DNA of 64,000 nucleotides, taken from the human T2T-CHM13v2.0 reference genome, Homo sapiens. Positions 11,679 through 26,974 of the stretch are shown here, piece after piece (positions within the stretch are counted from its first letter, which is position 1; the number at the start of each line of letters is the position of its first letter). A program made the position numbers and the translations under genes. The notes beneath the pieces are model-generated. The model was not told where the DNA came from. It saw nothing but the letters and a program-made list of their open reading frames with translations, and did no database searches. The DNA lies in the NCBI RefSeq assembly GCF_009914755.1, contig NC_060934.1; one strand, written 5' to 3'.

Positions 11679-12744
11679 TAGGAATTTTATTTATTGAAAA
11701 GAGTGATGAAAAACTTTTGCCTATAAACACTGCTTCAATGAATGATTACAATCTTAAAAATTTACGTAATAGGTGACAAAAATATCTTAAGCATGTATCG
11801 TAGACGAAGGAAATGGAATTCATTAACGACTGTAATCTAGTCAGTCCAATTAGCCAGATTTCTATGTGTCCACAGAGGGTATAATGCACAATCTCCATTA
11901 AGAATGATCTAAGTATCTAAGGAATGCTTAGATGAAAATTATACTAGGAAAGGAAGATCTGAGCTCTCAGCATAAGTATCAAGTGTACAATACGATGATC
12001 ATGTTTAAAAAGAACATATCCGACTTATTGCGGTACTCATTTTTAGATCCCTTAAGAAATGGCCAGTAGGGATCAAGTGATTATCTTTGAAAACTGCAAG
12101 CTGTTTTGGATGATGGTGATGATATTTTACATTTATATTTTAAATACTGTTTTTCTGCCAAAGAACTCCAAGTGTTTTACATAGATCTCTGTGAACTCTT
12201 GATTTTCTTAATGAATATACTCCACATCAAGAATTACCTATTATCCTTAATCCTTTCCCTTACTCTTTTTGCATACACCCAAACTCCTTATTTTGGCTGC
12301 CTAGTTAGCCAGTGTATGCTCAGGAACCGCACACAATTTTTTAATGAGTTTAAGGAAAGGCTAGAATCAATATTAATCTGTTACAGGAATAAAAATAGAC
12401 GTATTCCAGACACATTTGAGTTATTCTTGTCATGAATCGCTTGATTCTTGATAATGTAAATTGATCATTTGGAACTGGAACTTCCTTTCACTGGGGCATG
12501 GATGCCTTGGGATGGATGCCCCAGAAGACTCATTACCTTTTGTCTCTCTGATCCAATTCACATTTGATTTGACCTTAGGACGAAATCAAGGAGTTTGGCC
12601 TACTTCTTATATAAGCAAGGTCAATGAAGTGAGTAGGTCTTAGCTGAATTCTGGGTCCAGAGTCAATTATTTATTAACTGATCATGTGGAAAATACACAA
12701 TGCTATAAAATAGCAATGAAAGCAATAATAGAGATAGCTAATCT

Positions 12745-12960
12745 TAGCAATCTTAGAGCTGTGCTGAGCTATTTACCTGCACTAGCTCATCATTTTCTCA
12801 CAGCAGCCCTAAAAGACGTCCCCACTTTTCAGGCGAGGAATCTGAGGCTTGAAGAAATTTAAGTCACCTGTCTAAGGTGTCACTACTAGGAAATGCCATA
12901 AAGTTTCAAACCTAAATCTCGAAGAGTTTAGAGCCCAAGTACTCAACCACTATACTATAT
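12745..12960 (-). mobile_element. MIR
   Basis: cccacttttcaggcgaggaatctgaggcttgaaga...aagtcacctgtctaagg. Confidence 0.7.
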
Positions 12961-15063
12961 GAACTTGGAATAGGACTGGTTCTAGTTTAGTAAGTGGGGA
13001 ATCCTTCTAAATAGGAAGAAATGAACCTTCCCTAAATTAGAATGGGAGTTAAAAGTCTTAGAGCCAATGATAGGCTAACCTCATGAAAAAGTGACCAGTG
13101 AATCTTTGTATCTAGCACATGTCCATTGGATCTGCTGTGCCAGGCTGGAATTTCCTCAGTTAGCCCTGCTCTTGGGATTGCCATTTACCAGTCCTTCATC
13201 TTCTTCCTTCCTCATCCAACTTCTCTAGCTCAGTGCTGTGTTACAGGCAGGGCATATGATAATACAGTTATGAAGGATGTGAAAATGACCTTGGTTGCCT
13301 CCTTTGAATACCCTTTGCTATTTGTCACTTGTGTCATTCATGCTAATCCCTTCATCCCTACCTTTCCCACCATCAACATGGATTGATTACTGGCTGATAA
13401 TATGCCAAGATATTAACCTGTTACCTCTTTCTGATGAACGTGGTGATGTGCTAACAGGAGCTTTTGGGAGAGGATATTTATTTAATTTACTCAGCTGAGT
13501 AATATTTCTGACAAGATTTTAAGGGGAGGAAGGCTGAGGAAGGGAAAGGAAAATTTTTAGGCAGCACGGCTTGTAAACATCCTTGTATCTTGCCAGATGT
13601 GATTTGAAGAGGACAGGGCTTGAGCATAAGCACTTCATACATGCTTTCAGTCAAGGCTGTACAGGAGGTGGTAGTGTCTTGATTTTAGTGATGAGAAAAC
13701 TGAGCAAATCCTCGTGGAAGTGTCCTTTAAAGGATCTCAGAAATAAGACCTGAAAGAAAATTTGGGTTGTTTGTTTTTTTATTTTGCATCGGTACCAGAG
13801 TTGGTGAATTGAGGTCTTCAACTTATCTGTTTAACTTGTTATTTAAGACACATTGATTTTGCTTTGGGGTTAGTTCAAGTTCCAGAGTCTTGTGCATTTT
13901 CCAAATGTATTTCTAATACACCAGGAGTTCTTGTTCCATTTGAATTACCAATATATGCACAGGTTGAAAGTTTACATTTAATCATGTATTCACTGGAAAT
14001 TTGACCCTCATGAAACTATTTCTAACAGACCTGAAAAAACAAAAGATGTCGTATCTTTTTCCTCTTTCCTGACTACGGGCCTGTTTCCTAGTGCCCTCTC
14101 ACCATAGCATGTAAGAGATGCTGAGAGTGCGTTAAAACCTTTTCTTTTGATAAGATTTTCAGGTGATTTCATAGTTGCTCAGGGTATGAATAATTATTTT
14201 CATTTGCCATTGAGAATCTGCTTATCAGAGTTCAGGACCCTTGTTATCTAGGTTTCTTGTAGCTCTTGGAAGTTACTGTGAGCTCTGAGATAAACCAGGG
14301 ATAGCATATCCTGTTTCACAAAAATGAAAGCTCAGAAGTTTGGGAATTGTCAGAAAGGAATACTGACCTTGAGTCTAGAGTCATTGGTGTGCTGTGCTTT
14401 TGGGTCCCTGAAGAGAAAAGAGGAAGTAAAAAATAATAATTTAAGGGAAAAGAAAAATATGTGTATACATATGTGTGTATATATGAACACATACACACGT
14501 GTCAAACTGTCACCACTTTATTAAATTTACAAATGTGCATTTCTTATAATAATTATTACTGTGAAAACCCTCTAGGTTGATCCAAATCAGTTTCCTATGG
14601 AAAGGAGGGTTTACTTCTTAGGTCTGTTATTATAAGTAGATCACAGCATCTTATAGTTTGTAAAATGCTTGTGCTTCATATTAGTCACATAGCCCAGTGC
14701 TTAGCCCGGAAAAAGGTACTGGATTCAGTGTTTGCCACTCCTTGTTGAAGTATTTCATCCTTCTTTTACCCAGTGATGATTTTTCTTCTCCTTTTCCATG
14801 CTCCTGGATCTGCCTGTGTTGTGTGTCCCTCTTTCGGGTCCTTGTGTTTCTTCTGGCTTAACATCTGTAACTCCTGTTAGATCTGTTTTATTTGCACAAG
14901 TCATATGACAGCAAATATGGAGCAGATTTCTTACTCAAACTATTACTCTAATCTCTTAAAATCTTTCATGTTCTCAGATGTCTCAGATATTATATAATTT
15001 AAATTTTCTAAGGTTTCAGAAATAATTATTTATTAATCGTTCATGTTGAAAATACATGCTTTA

Positions 15064-15374
<311 letters not shown>

Positions 15375-18300
15375 AAGCTTTAAAATATTTGCACCCTGCA
15401 AAATGGATATATCCAGAAAATGTATGTCTTTTAAATAGATTTGTTTTATTATATAATGACTGGTAGTAGAAACTAATCTCCCTGTTTTACTTATTGCTGT
15501 TCTTAAATAACAGAGTTCGTTTTAAAAATGCTTAACTTTCTCTGCACTGCTCACTAAACATTATTGATGGATCACCAACTTTGGGGTATACTATGTTGAT
15601 TTTATTTTAAACATTTTAAAATTGTTTCTTACATATGAATATGATAGAAACCCATACTACCTTAGAAAATTATGTAGTTTTAAATTCAATCAATATTAAG
15701 TTTATATTGACTCAAAAGTTTTAAAACACTGTAATTTTTCCTGTCCAGTGTGCTAGCCGCATCTTCAACCTTTTTCTAGTGCATATTGATTTTATATATT
15801 CTTGGAAATTAGTCCTAAGCAGTTAATTTGTTATTCAAGGATTTGATTTGGATTGATTTTGTTATGTATTTGAACCCACTGATAGCACTTTCATGTGCAA
15901 GATGATAACATGACTGTGCTGATTTCATCTGAGTGTTTATTTATTAAGGCAAATCCAGGAAGATGACTACTGTAATCAGCTTGTTAGGATTTAGTTTGAC
16001 TGTTTTATTTGTAATAGGTGTATTGCAACTACACTTCTTCAATTATCCTCTCGGACTTATTCCTAATTCAGACTCTCCTTCCTTTTTAGTCCAATTTAGA
16101 GAGTACTTTAAAATGTGTTTTAAATTCTCAGATGTGTCTTTATTTGAGTACTCTGGCCTCAAATGCTGGAAAAGTACTGGCAAAAACCTTATAGGGTTCT
16201 AAAAATAATTGTATGTTTGCCTCTTGCAAATATTTGTGGGTCTATTTATTCAACTATATGGTACTGTTATTGTCTAATAAGCAAATCTATAAGCCTTTGG
16301 GTAAATGTTAATATTTTTCTTGATGCTTCTCATTGCCCCCATAGTGCAGATAATACTAATTTCATGTATCACATGGTCACCAAGGGACTTGGCTACATAT
16401 GCTAAAAATTTTCCAAATAGAAAATTATTTTGTATCTCAGGTTGTAAACCCTTGGGTAGAAACCAGGTCTGTTTACAGTAAAAATTCCAGCCAAGTAAAA
16501 ACCTCAGCTTACCATACATTTCTCTTCCCACATGCTACTTTTCAGAGAAGAGGTAGGAGGAGCACTATCTAGAACGTATTAAAAAACAAATTTTAAAAAT
16601 CCTGAAGCCTTCCCAAGAATAAAACCAGTTCACACTCCATTTGGTCTCCTCTCAGAGAAAAATATCACTCCAAAATACTCAATCCAATATCCTGTGCTTT
16701 ACTCTGGCAGGTTTAACTGTGGTGCCATGACAATGGTGTGTATTTGATTAGTTGTAAGGTAGAAATGAGTAAATAATGGCTTAAAAATCAAAATTCATGA
16801 ATAATTTGTTTCTTAAAAAATAAGATTGCGTGCACTCACAGGCACCTCCCGAGGGATAGCCATTTTCTTGCATTCCAGTTGGCTTTCTTGACTGGGAAGA
16901 TTACAAATACATGGCAGGAAATTGCACATAATCCACAGACAGTCTTGTCTTTTCACAAGAGTATGTTGCACATGGGAATGTCATCTATCTTGTGAATCAC
17001 TGCAGAAAAAAATGTTTGAGAGCCTCTGATCTGAGCTATGGTTCTGAAAATCAGAATCTTGACTCTGTGTCACTTAACGCTAATTATTTATAAGTAAATG
17101 TAAGATTCACTAGATTCTACTTAGCCAGCACCTGAATTTCATAACAATGGTTCCCAAAGTGTGATGTTTATATAATTGGTGGCACCAGGGATGCTTCTAT
17201 GTGGTAGAGAAGTGAATTTATTTTATAGTTATAGATATTTTAATAAGTGTTGGGAGAAAACATACAACAATCACATCAAATCCATGCTGTGTAGCTATGT
17301 TGCTGAGGGTAAGGCTAAGTATTAAGAGTTCATAGATTTTTTTTTTTAAGAATGAGGTGTAAAAATACAGATTGTGCGTAATGTCAATAAGGGTACACAA
17401 GAAAGTTTTGGGAAAGATTGTTTTAAAGTCATTTTCAACAAGGAATGAAATGGATTGTTCTCCTGTTTGTGTTTTTGCTCCCCACTGCCCTGTTTGAAGA
17501 ATTCTGGCCGAGTTCTCTCTGTATCTGTGTTTGAATGACTCCTTGCATGCTGTTTGTCAACTTCTTCATAGGAATTGCTGTGGGGACATAGAGTTAGATG
17601 GAGATGGTGGTTTTCATGAAATATATTCTTGCTTTGAGGATAAGTCATTCTGGTTAAAAATTGCTCACATTAATACATCATCAGAAAAACATTTGACTCT
17701 CATCCTCCTTCAGATTTATAAACTCTCTTGCCTTGAGACAGTGAGGTCCATGGCTGAAGAGGCCAGCCTAGAAATAATAAAGGATGCTGGGGCACCCACT
17801 TCCATCCAGTCTGGGTTCCCTGGGGAGCTCTCACTTCCCGTACTGTCTCCACAGCGAGGCCTCTCATTTCCTCCTCCAGGCTCCTTCTTGATTCCTGACA
17901 GTAGATGCCTGTGGCTGTGAAGAGCCATTCCATCATGTGGTATTTTATAGCAGAAATACATGGTGCTTCCCCCGACTCCTTTCTTTGTAAAGAAACAATT
18001 TGGAAAAAGTTTGGAAGGGAAAAATCTTTGATAGGATACACATTTATTTTCCCTTAATCTGTTCCCTTTCCTTGTAGAAAAAAAATTAGATTATTCCAAA
18101 TTAAAACTATGTGTTTTTTGTATTAAATTATATTGTTAAAAGGAATGGCTTTGTTAAACGAGAAAAATATAAGGAGAAAAGAAGTATATTACATACAGGA
18201 TGAGGAATTTGCAAACATCCACTTTTCTTTCTAGAGCATTGTTCAGGTCATCTCCCCTATGGCTTAAGAAAGGGAATCCTTAAGGTTTGAATAGAAGTAC

Positions 18301-19754
18301 CCTCCTAAATGTAGGAAAAACAACAAAAAAGAGGTGGTACGGTGGGGAGAAGATAGAGGGGGAGACATAGAGAGATTTCAACCATTACCACAAGATGGCA
18401 GCAGAAGTATAATATTTAACAATTGTGGGCTCCACTAGGAGTTTGAAATGGCTTTTAGTTGAATTTTAAAATATATTGTCAAATATATAACTTTCTCAAT
18501 ATCAGGATTTATAAGTTTGAAAAGTGTATTATCAAGTACATATGGTCTTACATTTTTTCCAGTTAGTAGTGGTTTTGGGGAATATATTTAAAAAGCTAAA
18601 TTTTCTTCTCGATGTTTGTCTTAAGGAATAGAGAAACAGAGTACAGTTTGCATGGAGAGTTCTTTGAACATTGACTCTGGGAAATTCCTAAAACCCCTAT
18701 GAGGAAACCTCTGGACTTATATTTGGCTGAGAGGAGAAAACAGAGAAATAATGGAAAATTAATAGTAGTAAAAAAAAAAAAGTATGTGTGAGGAGGCTAA
18801 AGGAATGGCTTCCTATTCACTCCCTTCTACCCCCATAACAAATTAAAAGAAAATTATTATAGGAAAAAATTAGATCAGTTATTAGATGAAACTCATAATA
18901 GGTTGCTTGATCTCCTTGATAATTCTGTGATTCTAGAATGTAATTAATTAAATCTTAATGTGGCCTATTGTAATCTGAGATTCCCATTATAAAAATATTT
19001 TAATAATCAAGTTAATATGATTATTTATTTACATGTATCTAAATATTTTTAAGAGAATAGCAAAGTGTTTTATGAGATACTCTACTCTGAATATAAACTG
19101 CCTCTCAAAAATTTTAGGGTAAAGAGTAGTCTGGCTTATACCACACAGGGTTACATTGTGGGTTGGGTCTAATGGGCTGTACATTTTTGGATCAATATTC
19201 CCTCAGAGAGTGCCATTCAGCCTTCCTGTAAAAGGCTATTTCATTCAGTCTGTGACCCCTTTCATGTGAAACCTCCCAGGGGCCTGGATGTGAAGCAGTC
19301 TTGCTACTGGCATCATTTGTGATTTAACGCTGAGGAGAAATGTACTTATTTTGGTCTGTCCCAGCAATCAAGGGTCAGTGGTAAAAGGAAGTTGTACTCT
19401 GGGTCAAAACAAGTCAGTTTTGGATTAATGCTATTCCTTGGCCTCTTTAATTGGTCTTTTTGCTCAGATACTGTGTTAGATCATACTTAGATAAACAGGC
19501 AAGAAGGGAACTTGAGAATTTAGAACAGTTCACATTTTCATGCCCTGTTTGACAATAAGATGCTTTTATAAAAAGTGTTTTGAAATTCTGTGATATATTT
19601 ATTTGAGGTTATCAATGTATAGAAATGCTCTCTGGGACAGTAGTCAATATGTTTCCTAGGTTAGGAAAAAAACAATGTTACACTGTCTATGACTGCCAGA
19701 GAGAACCAAGGGTAGATTGAATGTTGGGTATGCTTTCTCGTGTCTGCAGGGCCA

Positions 19755-19755
<1 letters not shown>

Positions 19756-19789
<34 letters not shown>
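19756..19789. repeat. (AAC)~11 microsatellite
   Basis: Read directly. Confidence 0.95.
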
Positions 19790-20746
19790 GAACACCTAGC
19801 CTGCATTGGACATAGTGAAGCAAGCAATAGACAGTAATATCTTTTATTTTCTCTGATCTTTCTAGTTTGTTATCTAGGCCAAGACAAATTCCCGAAGTAT
19901 AGCAGCAGGGTTTGAAGCATGCTACATTGAAATCCCCCGGTTACCCAGACTCACCATCTGACTCCAGGGCATCACGAGAGGTGTCCACACAAAAGGAGAC
20001 AGGCTGTGGAATCTCTGGGCTTCTTGATATTAGAGCAATTAGAAAAAGAAGAAAAAGTTTCTGTTTTGTGGTACCAAATCCCCATTTGCCATGTTAAAAG
20101 TCCGGACATGCTTTTGTGATACTTATGAGCATACGCTAAATCTCAGACTTGCTGACTTTAATCTCTTCTTAGCCTATGTCTGCTTCCTTGATTGTTTTAA
20201 TTGCAAAAACAATGTGTGCTGGTTGTCAGATAATAAAAACATAAACATTTTATTTTCTCCTCCCAATCTTTCTACTTGTCTTCCAGCAGATACCCAATGT
20301 TAAACTTTCCGTATGTTTCCGTAAATCTTTATATGTAGAGAGAGAACTCACCTGCTTATTTGGAGGGTTTTATTTTTTCACCCGAAATAAAATAATTCCA
20401 TAACACTCCTCAGTAACCTGCTCTTTTTGCTTAATAATAGTACCTAGGCTTCTTTCCAGATCAGTCCATATTGGTCTTTCTAATAGCTATGGAATAGTAA
20501 TTCCATAGTATTCATGTACCTCAGCTTATTGATACTGATATTTTGGCAAGTTTTTTGCAAGCATTCAATGCTGCAATTGATATTGTACACATTTTCTCAT
20601 ATGTTATTTATGTATTTATTTATAGGATTAATTCCAAACAGTGAGAGTCCTAGGTCAAAAAAACTATTAATATTTGGCTTTTTTAGTTTATGTGATTATA
20701 CATACACTTCCTATATGAGATAAATGATCTATAAACTTTTCTATTA

Positions 20747-21082
<336 letters not shown>

Positions 21083-23419
21083 CTGTGGGCTGGCAGCATA
21101 AACAAAATTAATTTTCTACATTAAAGACAGACAGAATTAAAAAAAATCAAATGTGCAAACTTAGTGGAAACGTGGAAGGTTCTTTTTTTTATACTTGAGT
21201 TACATTCATGAGAATGCTCTTTTCGGAATGATGTTTACATGCCCTTTTACTTTTCAGGTTTATAAAGTCCATATTGTGCACTTGGTTTGATGTTTGTGGG
21301 TGTGTGCCTGTGTGTGTGTTTAAGCTGAAAAAAAAAATTAATTGCTACAGTGTAATTTTGAAAATAAGGAAAATAAGGATAAAACTGTATCTATTGCTCT
21401 TAAATAAAATAACCACAAGTCCTTCTCTAAGAATCATAATGATTTGTTTTTCTTTTCATCAAAATAAATTTTTGATATTCTAGCTCCCACTTGGGAAAAT
21501 AACAAATTCCAAGTCTCTCAGCTACTTTTTTTTCAAAAGGCTAGTAGGGAGATTTGGACATATATGGTATTGGAACCACTCAGTGGAGATTTCCTTTTAT
21601 AGGATGGCAACCTCGGTAGAGATTTCATTTCATTATTTTTTTCTTGGTCATTGTAGTGATATTGGACTAGATTTACTGAACGATATCTTTGCAAACATTT
21701 ATTTGGATCAGAATTCAATCATATTAAGGGTATTCAATCGTGTGATTGGAGCCAAAAGGTAAAATCATTTTGGGGGAGGAGGAAGGATAACCTTAGAAAT
21801 TTCAGCCTACTCTTGTGCAGGAGTAACAGGGTAGGTTGTGATAATTAAAAAAAATAAAATAAAATGATCCCGGGAATCACAGATTTAAAAGTTTTAGAGC
21901 TTTTGAAAAATTTAGTTTTGGTAGTAAGTTTATAGTGCCTCTTGCTTTGAAAGGATTTTAGAAGATATCTTTGTTCGTCTCCTTTGATGGACAAAACAAA
22001 AATGACAAATCAAGCAAATATCAAGAAGTTCAGAAAGACTGATATTCCAGTGACATGGTAAGCTGGACATTTGTAAATTGGAACAATAGGACAAAAGGAA
22101 ATGAGATGGTTTAGGTATTATTACCATATTAATAACATAAAGTGTCTTTTTATGATCTGGTTTGCAGATCACAAAATGTGTTGTCACTCAGGTTAACACC
22201 CCAACCAACTCTAGAATGAATTTCTTAGCAGAGCCGCTTTTGAAGGCCGAGTTTAAACGAAACACTGTGATGAATTGTCCATAAGGCAGGAACCCTGAGG
22301 GGACCAGCTATTTCAGGCTCAGGGAAAGACACTGGAATTGCTGGAAGAGCTGCTCAGAGTGCTAGAATGTCTGAGTGGGCAGGGATCATTGACAGTTGTG
22401 CATATTTTTCCAGGCTGGGTGCCTTATTTCACAAAAGCCTTTCTCTCCCCTCCTCTCATTGTCTATTCGTTGTTCAGTTCTCAGGAATAATGAGGGGATA
22501 ACTTTTCATATCTGGTGGAGTTGCAGATGTAGAGATATGGGTTAGGGGCTGTTTGTAGATATTCTAACGGTGCAGTTGACCTCAGTTTCAAACTCTGAAG
22601 GCTGGAGGGGGAGGTGTGCTTCCACTGAACTTTCTCTGTATGTGCCCATCTCCCCATGTCAGTGTTAAGCCTTTGTGTAGCCCCAGTGCCTGTTTGCAGC
22701 TTAGAGACTGGTTTTACTGTATTTGAGCTTTTTCATGTGGACTAATACTATTTCAGATTTTATTTCTCCCAAGGCAGTTGGATCTATCAGTCAATCAGCT
22801 AATATGTGGGAAGACATATGAACTATTTTGGAGATCCAAAGACACTTTGTGTCCGTACTAACCTGACGTTATCATGCAAAAATACACACAAAACCACAGC
22901 CTCTTCAATTATTAAAAACCTCTCAAGGTTGTTGAGAGGATTAAATGAGCTCATGCATGTAATAGATTTAGTTTATTGCCTTATAGAATGTAGTCATTCA
23001 ATAAATGTTAGCTCTCATTGTTATCATTTATTGATTCTGACTTCATTCACCAAATATATAAGAACTTTTAACCCTGTGACAGGAATGGGCCCATGTGTAT
23101 TCTTCCCATATTTCTAACTCTATACTTGGATCTAATTTTGCTCATTGAAATAGCTCTGACCCTATTTTCGGAGTAATTTCCTGAATCACAGATGGTACTC
23201 TGACATAGGTCATATTTAGGACTTATTTTCCTTTCTTTCTTTTCCATCCATGGTGTTGTCTCAGTTTTCTTTCCATGCATTTCACGCCCCCTCCCCACCA
23301 CCCCATTACAATATAAACTTATTACTCTAGAAGGAAATATTAGAAACTTTTGTATAGTGATATATTTAGCTGTGCTAAGACCACCTCTGCAGCTATCTAC
23401 TCTCTGAGCTGAATAAACC

Positions 23420-23905
<486 letters not shown>

Positions 23906-24114
23906 TTAATTGATTCTCTCCAGTTTCTTCCTCCTTTCCTTTTACCATCCGAGTTAAGTTTTCTACACAAATAAAGTGCAATCAGACACAATAATGCAAA
24001 CTAAGCTATTAATGATAAATTAACAGGGATTACATTGTAAGATGAACTCATTACCTAGGAAAGCCTACAGGAAACCTTCTGGTATTCTTGTCCCTTCTAG
24101 GCCATAAGCACACA

Positions 24115-24630
24115 CAGCTGTAGAATATAAAGGCTAAGAGCATGGACTGTGGAATCAGATGAGCTTGAGTTTCAAGTTTCTGATATCTTAGTCATGTTGC
24201 TTAACATCTTTGACCTTCAATTTCCCCCGTAAATGAGAATAAGAAGGCCCACCTGAAACTAACGTTATGCAAAAGACCTGTTGTAAGCATGCCCTAAACA
24301 ATGGCCATTGCTTCTGTAGTTTTAATATTAGTGTTTTGGAGACAAAGTCAAATTTAAAATGTGATTCAGAAGGAATTTTAGTTGAGATATAATGGGAAAG
24401 TAGGAAATACTAATTCAGCATTGTTAAGAGCTTACTTTGTGCAAGGTACTTTATTGGCATGAATTAATTTGCTCTTCTCAACAATCCCATGGTGGTTTCA
24501 TGGTGCCTCCAGGCAGGAATTGTTCCATGTGCTCTGTACAGAGGAGGAGACTCAGTGCAAACACATCAAGTGACTCATCCCAAGGCTTGCTGGTCCAAGA
24601 CGTCTGGCTCTAGGGCTCTGACACTATACT
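24115..24630. mobile_element. Two MIR fragments, opposite orientations
   Basis: ggctaagagcatggactgtggaatcaga (+) and gagcttactttgtgc...tacagaggaggagactcag...aagtgactcatcccaagg (-). Confidence 0.6.
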
Positions 24631-24896
24631 ACATGATAATCAACAGCAGGAACATAGGGGAAAATTGGAGGAAATTGGGCTTTGTGAAGACCTTCAGATC
24701 ATTCATATGCCCAGTTCTTCTCAAACTGTAGTACGTATAAACATCTCTTGGGTTCCATTTGTTGCAGTGAAGACTCCTAGGCCCATCTCCAAAGATTCTG
24801 GCTTAATAGGTAGGCTTGGGGAATTTGGGACCAGGAAATTTGCTATAACTCCTTGAGAAGTAGCTTTCTAGGTATATACTGCAAGAAGGGTGACTA

Positions 24897-25290
24897 TATG
24901 CATTCATTTCTTAGTTCTGCTGGAACACATCGCCACAAACTGGGTGGCTTCAAGCAACAGAAATTTATTTACTCCCAGCTCTGTAGACTAGAAGTTCGAA
25001 TTCAAGGTGTCAGCAGAGCCATGCTCTTTCTGAAAACCCTAGGAGAGGAGCTTCCCTTGCCTCTTTCTAGCTTCTGGTGGTTGCTGGCAACCTTAACCAT
25101 TCCATGACTTGGACTTGCATTCCAATCTTTGCCTTCATTTTCACATGGTTGTCTTTTCTCTGTGAGTATGTGTGTCTAAATTCCCCTCTTGTAAGATTAC
25201 TAGTCATTCAATTTGGGGCCCACCCTAATCCAATATGATGTCGTCTTGATTACATCTATAAAGATGCTGTGTTCAAATAAGGTCACAGTT
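24897..25290 (-). mobile_element. MaLR LTR, MLT1C-like
   Basis: ccacaaactgggtggcttcaagcaacagaaatttatt...ggcccaccctaatccaatatga...caaataaggtcaca. Confidence 0.85.
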
Positions 25291-26974
25291 GTACCATACA
25301 CCTGTATTTATCTTCCTTCAAGCCCAAGATATGGAGCTGTGACTTCTGAAGTCTGCTGAGCCCATGGAAAAAAAAGATTTTGGATGAGATGAAGAGAGTA
25401 AAGGACACATTTAGGTATTTATGATACAAGGTTTTGTGGAGGCTTTTTCACCTGCCATTTCCATCTGCCCTCCCTCCTTCTCCCATTTTCTTATTTTTCA
25501 AAGGATATGGTGTTGATTGATTGTCCTTTGGTTCAGATGAAAGTATTAGTCTCTGGTGGCTCCATGAAATGTCACACATCTCTGATGGTTTGTGGTTCTC
25601 TTGTTTTCATGGTATGAGTTTTATAAGGATTTATAGGGAAACAAAATTGGGCTTAAAATGTGAGACAACTTCTGTAGACTGTAGTTTTCTTACCTGTAAT
25701 TTTAGAAGGAAAAAAAACCCTTCTATGCTATAATTTCAATGCCTTAATTCCCTATAATTTTGGTAACTTGTTTCTTTAGGGTTACAAAGAACAAATGGAA
25801 TAAACCACAAATAGATATATTAGGATAAAGATAGATTTTCTTTGGTGTATTTATCTAACTAATTTAGAAAAGCTTTAAATGCCAATTAAATTATACATTT
25901 TGAAACACAGTTATATTTAGGGATAAACTATTTTTAAGTTAACATTATTCTCTGCATTTAAAAGTAGAATTTAAATAGTTCTCCCACCTCCACCTCAATC
26001 TAAGGTGCACACACATACTTTTAGCTTTACTAGAGGGTTTTTGTTAATGTAGTCTATAACAGAAATTGAGGATTTCTGTTATGGTATTTCTATTTTACTA
26101 TCATACCACTGAAAAGTTAAGCTTTCTCTTAAGAATATAAGAAAAATTTAAGAGACAGCATGAGCTAGTTGAATAGTCTTATTAGTGAATTAGTTTTATA
26201 TAAAATAAATTATACAATGGACATTCCAGTTATCATCTGAAAATATAATTTAGAAATTTATGATAATATATTTCTTTCTGGGTCTATTTAATTCAGAAAC
26301 ATTCTCATACAAGGTGGTTCAAAGAATCCAGATTTCTGGGAATGGTTTTGGACTTCTTGAAGATATAAAATATTTGACAATGCATTGTTCAATATGGAAT
26401 CGTACTTTTGGAAAGAAAATCTGCCAGAACATTCATGCTACCCAGAGAGAAGTATCATTCTCCATTCTCCTCAAAATTGTATCTTCTTTGCTTTGATTCT
26501 CATACGCCTGCTATCAGAGATTTTGGAAAGTTTCTCTTCTCTTTATTGTAAAAGATCTCAGGTATAATTCAAATGGTTATTTCATTTTATAGAAACTTTA
26601 CTGGAAATGTCCAAGTGCCTTCAGCAGTGGAAGGAGGGGTCAGGAGAGGGTGGCTCCACTGGGAAGCATGATTGGCCTCTGATTTGTGGGAATTTTCCAG
26701 GGCCATTGTTTGTGCGAAGTTGTGTTAAGAATGTAGGTTGAAAGGTAGATGTGGAATTCCATGGAGCACGTGCAGAAAAGCGAATTCTACTACCCAGCGT
26801 AAATCATTCGCTCTACATTAAGCATCTTTGCCAATTATTTGGGTGAGGCCATTAATGGCATCTCACTCAGATTTGCACAGGGCAAGATGCTGTGAGGATT
26901 GCTTATTATGTTGGAAAACAGAATCAAGATCCCAAAAGATTATGATGGGCAAGAGTAGTGATTTATAACCCTAT

